Position numbers and translations under genes: made by a program. Of a DNA stretch of 64,000 nt, positions 60,556-64,000 are shown one piece after another. This DNA comes from an uncultured Gammaproteobacteria bacterium (GTDB lineage: Bacteria; Patescibacteriota; Patescibacteriia; Magasanikbacterales; UBA922). The notes under the pieces were generated by a model. The model worked only from the letters and a program-made list of their open reading frames with translations, was not told the origin of the DNA and did not search any database. Every line of letters begins with the position of its first letter. Within the stretch, counting starts at the first letter, position 1. The stretch is taken from positions 79,115 to 143,114 of the forward strand of contig CAZTEU010000001.1 of NCBI GenBank assembly GCA_964612105.1, given 5' to 3'.

Positions 60556-60586
60556 TTAAAAAAACCCCTCGGAAAGGGGTTTTGTG
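60556..60586 (-). terminator. Rho-independent terminator downstream of the pilin gene (minus strand)
   Basis: cccctttccgagggg hairpin plus a T7 run on the minus strand. Confidence 0.7.
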
Positions 60587-61036
60587 TTATTGTGAGTTGC
60601 GTATTCCAGAAGGTGTGGCTTCTATTACACCTTTTGTTAGTCCACCCATTTCTCCTTCTAGAACTGTTTGTATCCTATATGACGAGCCGTCTGAGGAACT
60701 ATATATATAGGCTCCATCTGATTTAGGGTCACTTGGTACCAATCCCATGTATGCATTCGCATCACAGTTGGCACTCCATCCAGATTCTGTATTTTCCAAA
60801 CAAGCTTGAGTCGCTGCACCTAACGCAACACCGTCTGTGTGTACTGGATACTTGTTGTTGTCTGTGTAGTATAGTTCTAGTGCTGTTTGCACTTGCTTTA
60901 CGTCTGAAAGTCTTTTTGAGTCACGTGCTTTTGTGCGTGCTGAGCTTATCGCAATAACAGCAAGTGTTGAGAGTAGTCCTATAATTGCTATTACAACCAA
61001 AAGCTCAATTAATGTAAACCCTTTTTTTGTACGCAT
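60587..61036 (-). CDS. Type IV pilin / pseudopilin (prepilin-type N-terminal methylation domain)
   Basis: KKGFTLIELLVVIAIIG class III signal peptide. Confidence 0.85.
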   Translation of the reverse strand: MRTKKGFTLIELLVVIAIIGLLSTLAVIAISSARTKARDSKRLSDVKQVQTALELYYTDNNKYPVHTDGVALGAATQACLENTESGWSANCDANAYMGLVPSDPKSDGAYIYSSSDGSSYRIQTVLEGEMGGLTKGVIEATPSGIRNSQ

Positions 61037-61094
61037 ATATTATAAAATTTGATTTTTTATGTGTTTAACACTCTGGACTATACTACAATATTGA

Positions 61095-62258
61095 TTATTT
61101 TGCAATATTTCTCAACGCAAGACCTATTGCTACTCCCATTCTCGGCCCTATTTTATCTAGTACGGGTTTTAGTCCCTGTTGGTATACGACACGTGCCCAT
61201 GGATCTCCTACAAACACCTTCATTGGGAATGTCTTTTCTAGTCTTTCTATAATAAAAGGCATAACAGATGAACCGCCGGTTAGGATTATCTTTTCTGGAT
61301 GTTTTCCTTCGTTTCCTAGCTGGTGTAAATATACATCAAAGTTATATTGAATTTCTTTTACAATAGCATTTAGCATTTCCTCAAAGATTTCTGTGGTTAC
61401 AGAACCTTTTGGTAACCTAGACATATCAACCTTTAGTTGCCCTGCTAGCTTTGGCTCTACCCCAAGTGTGAGAGCAATTGATTCTTCTATATCATTACCT
61501 CCAATTTGAATACTCCTGTGAGTCATTGGGAGTCCTTGATCTATTATAAAAAGGTTTGTTCTTTCTGCTCCTATATCTACAATCATTGATGTTGCTGGAT
61601 CTTTTCCTACAAGTGAGCGCTCTAAAGCAAAAGCCTCTGTCTCTAATTCCTGTAGTCGCAAACCAGCTGCTTGAAAAATTGACGTGTAAAAAGCCACAAC
61701 AGATTTTGGCGCTGCTGTAACTAATACTCGTATGTACTTTCGTTTCTTTTCTAAATCAGTCTGTGGAATCTTTTGATGTATTATTTGCATCTCATCATCT
61801 GATCTCGAGAGTAATTTTTTCACTTCTGCACGCACTATGGGCATTATTCCCTTATCATCTGTCTCTGGAAGAGTTAGTACAGTATGAAAAACATAAGAGA
61901 CAGGAATACTTGCTGCTGCGTTTATAGACTGAGCTTTTGATTGGGCAACAACTTCCTTTAATATCTTGGCGTATTTTGCAACCTGCATCTGATTCTGGTC
62001 GGAAATAATTTTCTGTTCCATACCAGGACCTTTTTGTGTATTTTCTGCATGAGGACTCTTTGCTTCTTTCAAGAAATCGTTTGGGGTTTTGTCTTCCTGA
62101 GAGTCCACATGTATATCTGTAGAATCTTTTGCAATACCATAGGTCCAAAGTTGTGCTCTTCCCTTAGTTTTTTTAAGCTCAACTAACTTAACACCATGTG
62201 CTCCAATGTCTACACCAAGAAAGGAATCAGTTTTATTTCCAAATATTCCCATACGCAA
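61095..62258 (-). CDS. pilM: Type IV pilus assembly protein PilM (actin-like ATPase fold)
   Basis: N-terminal [16 protein letters not shown] and an actin/FtsA-like fold pattern. Confidence 0.7.
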   Translation of the reverse strand: MRMGIFGNKTDSFLGVDIGAHGVKLVELKKTKGRAQLWTYGIAKDSTDIHVDSQEDKTPNDFLKEAKSPHAENTQKGPGMEQKIISDQNQMQVAKYAKILKEVVAQSKAQSINAAASIPVSYVFHTVLTLPETDDKGIMPIVRAEVKKLLSRSDDEMQIIHQKIPQTDLEKKRKYIRVLVTAAPKSVVAFYTSIFQAAGLRLQELETEAFALERSLVGKDPATSMIVDIGAERTNLFIIDQGLPMTHRSIQIGGNDIEESIALTLGVEPKLAGQLKVDMSRLPKGSVTTEIFEEMLNAIVKEIQYNFDVYLHQLGNEGKHPEKIILTGGSSVMPFIIERLEKTFPMKVFVGDPWARVVYQQGLKPVLDKIGPRMGVAIGLALRNIAK

Positions 62259-62285
62259 AATAGTATATCATAATTTGCAATGTCT

Positions 62286-62313
62286 TTACATGTATCTGTG
62301 GCTATTCTATAAT
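62286..62313 (+). promoter_or_regulatory. Putative sigma70-like promoter for cysS (-35 TTACAT, 16-nt spacer, -10 TATAAT); near-leaderless
   Basis: -10 at 62308-13, only 9 nt before the ATG at 62323. Confidence 0.35.
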
Positions 62314-62322
62314 GACTTCATT

Positions 62323-63687
62323 ATGTTAGAACTATTTAATACACTTACTCGCAAGAAAGAGTCGTTTACCCCTGTTGATAAGAATCAGGTTGGTTTATAC
62401 ACTTGTGGTCCAACTGTATATAATTATGCACACATAGGGAACCTCAGAACATATGTTTTTGAAGATATCCTAAAACGTACTCTTAAGTACAATGGGTATA
62501 AGGTAAATCATGTAATGAACATTACTGATGTTGGACACCTAACAGACGATGGGGATCAAGGGTACGATAAGATTGAGGAAGGGGCAAAGCGTGAAGGAAA
62601 GTCTGCATATGATATTGCAGACACATACACTCAGTATTTTAAACAACACATAGCTGAGCTAAATATCCTAGAACCAAACACTTGGTGCAAAGCTACAGAT
62701 CATATACAAGAACAGATAGATTTAGTGCAGTCTCTTACAGACAAAGGTTTTACTTATGAAACACAGGATGGAATATACTTTGACTCAACAAAGATGAAGG
62801 ACTATGGAAAACTTGCTCTTTTGGAAAAACAGGAATTAAAAGCTGGGGCCCGTGTAGATTTGGGAGAGAAGAAAAATCCCCACGACTTTGCTCTATGGAA
62901 ATTTAGCAAAGACGAAGAACAAAGACAGATGGAGTGGGATGCTTTTGGAAAGAAGGGTTTTCCGGGTTGGCATATTGAGTGTTCTGCAATGAGTATAAAA
63001 TATCTCGGAGATAATTTTGATATCCACTGCGGTGGTGTAGATCACATACCTGTACACCATACAAATGAAATTGCTCAATCTGAAGCATCTACCGGAATCA
63101 GCCCTTGGGTTAATTACTGGATTCATGGAGAGTTTCTTTTGATGAAAAAAGACAAAATGGCAAAATCCGCAGATAATTTTATAACTCTAGAAACACTAAA
63201 AGAAAAAAAGATTAATCCGTTGGATTATAGATATTTCTTATTACAAGCACATTACAGAAAACAACTTAACTTTACATGGACTGCATTAAAGTCCGCACAA
63301 AGTGGATTAAAAAATTTACGTAAACTTGTTTCGCAGATAGAAGAAAGGGCACCACGAGATCCAAAGGTTGTGGATGATTTCAAAAATGCAATTAATGATG
63401 ACCTAAACACTCCGGAAGCATTGGCTGTGCTTTGGGAGGCTCTAAAGAAAAAACAGATAGATATAGATATGGCAAAGAAGTTCGACAAAGTTCTTGGATT
63501 AAACTTATATAATCCAGATAAGAAAGAGGATAAAATTCCAGAAGACATACAAAAGATTGCGGACGAAAGAAAAATTGCAAGAGAGAGTAAGGACTGGGAG
63601 AAAAGCGATAAACTAAGGGACAAGCTAAATGAACTTGGTTACCAGGTCAATGATATGGATGATGGACAGGTGATATTTAAAAACTAA
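62323..63687 (+). CDS. cysS: Cysteinyl-tRNA synthetase
   Basis: HIGN (HIGH) motif, KMAKS (KMSKS) motif and a Zn-binding Cys pattern. The ORF track begins at 62206, but the N-terminal 39 aa overlap pilM and its promoter, so ATG 62323 (MLELFNTL) is preferred. Confidence 0.9.
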   Translation: MLELFNTLTRKKESFTPVDKNQVGLYTCGPTVYNYAHIGNLRTYVFEDILKRTLKYNGYKVNHVMNITDVGHLTDDGDQGYDKIEEGAKREGKSAYDIADTYTQYFKQHIAELNILEPNTWCKATDHIQEQIDLVQSLTDKGFTYETQDGIYFDSTKMKDYGKLALLEKQELKAGARVDLGEKKNPHDFALWKFSKDEEQRQMEWDAFGKKGFPGWHIECSAMSIKYLGDNFDIHCGGVDHIPVHHTNEIAQSEASTGISPWVNYWIHGEFLLMKKDKMAKSADNFITLETLKEKKINPLDYRYFLLQAHYRKQLNFTWTALKSAQSGLKNLRKLVSQIEERAPRDPKVVDDFKNAINDDLNTPEALAVLWEALKKKQIDIDMAKKFDKVLGLNLYNPDKKEDKIPEDIQKIADERKIARESKDWEKSDKLRDKLNELGYQVNDMDDGQVIFKN

Positions 63688-63713
63688 AACAGCCCAATCT
63701 GGGCTGTTTTTTA
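63687..63713 (+). terminator. Rho-independent terminator after cysS
   Basis: aaacagccca-atc-tgggctgtttttt. Confidence 0.75.
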
Positions 63714-63773
63714 TTATTACAAATTGACAAAATCCTTTTTCTGTGGTCTAGTTAATGTAGAGGAGGTTCCCCC

Positions 63774-64000
63774 ATGACCACAAACACAATTCTCTGGATT
63801 GCCGGAATAGTAGCGGCATTGTTCGTCTGTTACTTCATCTATCTTCGCTACGGGGCAGCGCTAATTGAGCGCGTAGTCTCTGGCGATAACTACGGCAGAG
63901 GCGCAAGACTTGTAGAATCCGACGGCGTAATCAGCAACGTATACGGAGATGGTGGCGACATGGTCATCATGCTCAAGCTCGACAACACCACTTGCCCAAG
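63774..64000 (+). CDS. Hypothetical N-terminally membrane-anchored protein, 3' end beyond window (GC-rich ORF)
   Basis: Strong SD (agaggaggt) 7 nt upstream of ATG 63774, followed by a TM helix (ILWIAGIVAALFVCYFIYL). The open frame runs to the window edge. Codon composition is GC-richer than the neighbouring genes. Confidence 0.45.
   Translation, partial: MTTNTILWIAGIVAALFVCYFIYLRYGAALIERVVSGDNYGRGARLVESDGVISNVYGDGGDMVIMLKLDNTTCP

Noticed and set aside
62206-62322. N-terminal 39-aa extension of the cysS ORF (MSTPRKESV...)
   Set aside because: It overlaps the pilM coding start and the shared promoter region. A canonical CysRS N-terminus begins at the internal ATG 62323.
1-64000. CRISPR arrays, IS elements, integrases, restriction-modification or toxin-antitoxin modules
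   Set aside because: No short regularly spaced direct repeats, no transposase/integrase/recombinase-like ORFs and no methyltransferase/restriction motifs were found. The only sizeable repeats are the intragenic ones at 32.4-33.5 kb.

Overview
This is a low-GC, tightly packed bacterial chromosomal segment, almost entirely housekeeping. Weak or absent Shine-Dalgarno sequences, 1-40 nt gene overlaps and tRNAs without encoded CCA are consistent with a reduced Patescibacteria/CPR-like genome; that assignment is inference.

Content by category:
- Cell wall and division: a PBP2-type transpeptidase, MurF, a FemAB-family transferase, FtsQ, an M23 peptidase, FtsEX, FtsB, MurE, MurG and FtsW.
- Translation: LysS, SerS, GltX, CysS, GatCA, L27 and a TrmH-family methyltransferase.
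- A nine-gene SUF Fe-S assembly operon with two ferredoxins.
- ClpB, preceded by a canonical CIRCE operator.
- LigA.
- Type IV pilus genes: prepilin peptidase, a pilin and PilM.
- A P-type ATPase.
- Six tRNAs.

Observations worth a second look:
- A roughly 490-nt GC-rich, hairpin-dense non-coding island between ligA and gatC. It is probably a structured RNA, but I could not classify it.
- A minus-strand cluster of envelope proteins that includes a 1176-aa secreted protein with near-identical ~0.5-kb internal DNA repeats and a poly-acidic tail.
- Domain fusions: a membrane-anchored MurF, Ham1-Nudix, and LOG-LOG.
- An archaeal-type RibL FAD synthase.
- A translin/TRAX-like protein.
- Two short GC-rich ORFs that look compositionally foreign.

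I found no CRISPR array, transposase, integrase or known defence genes.
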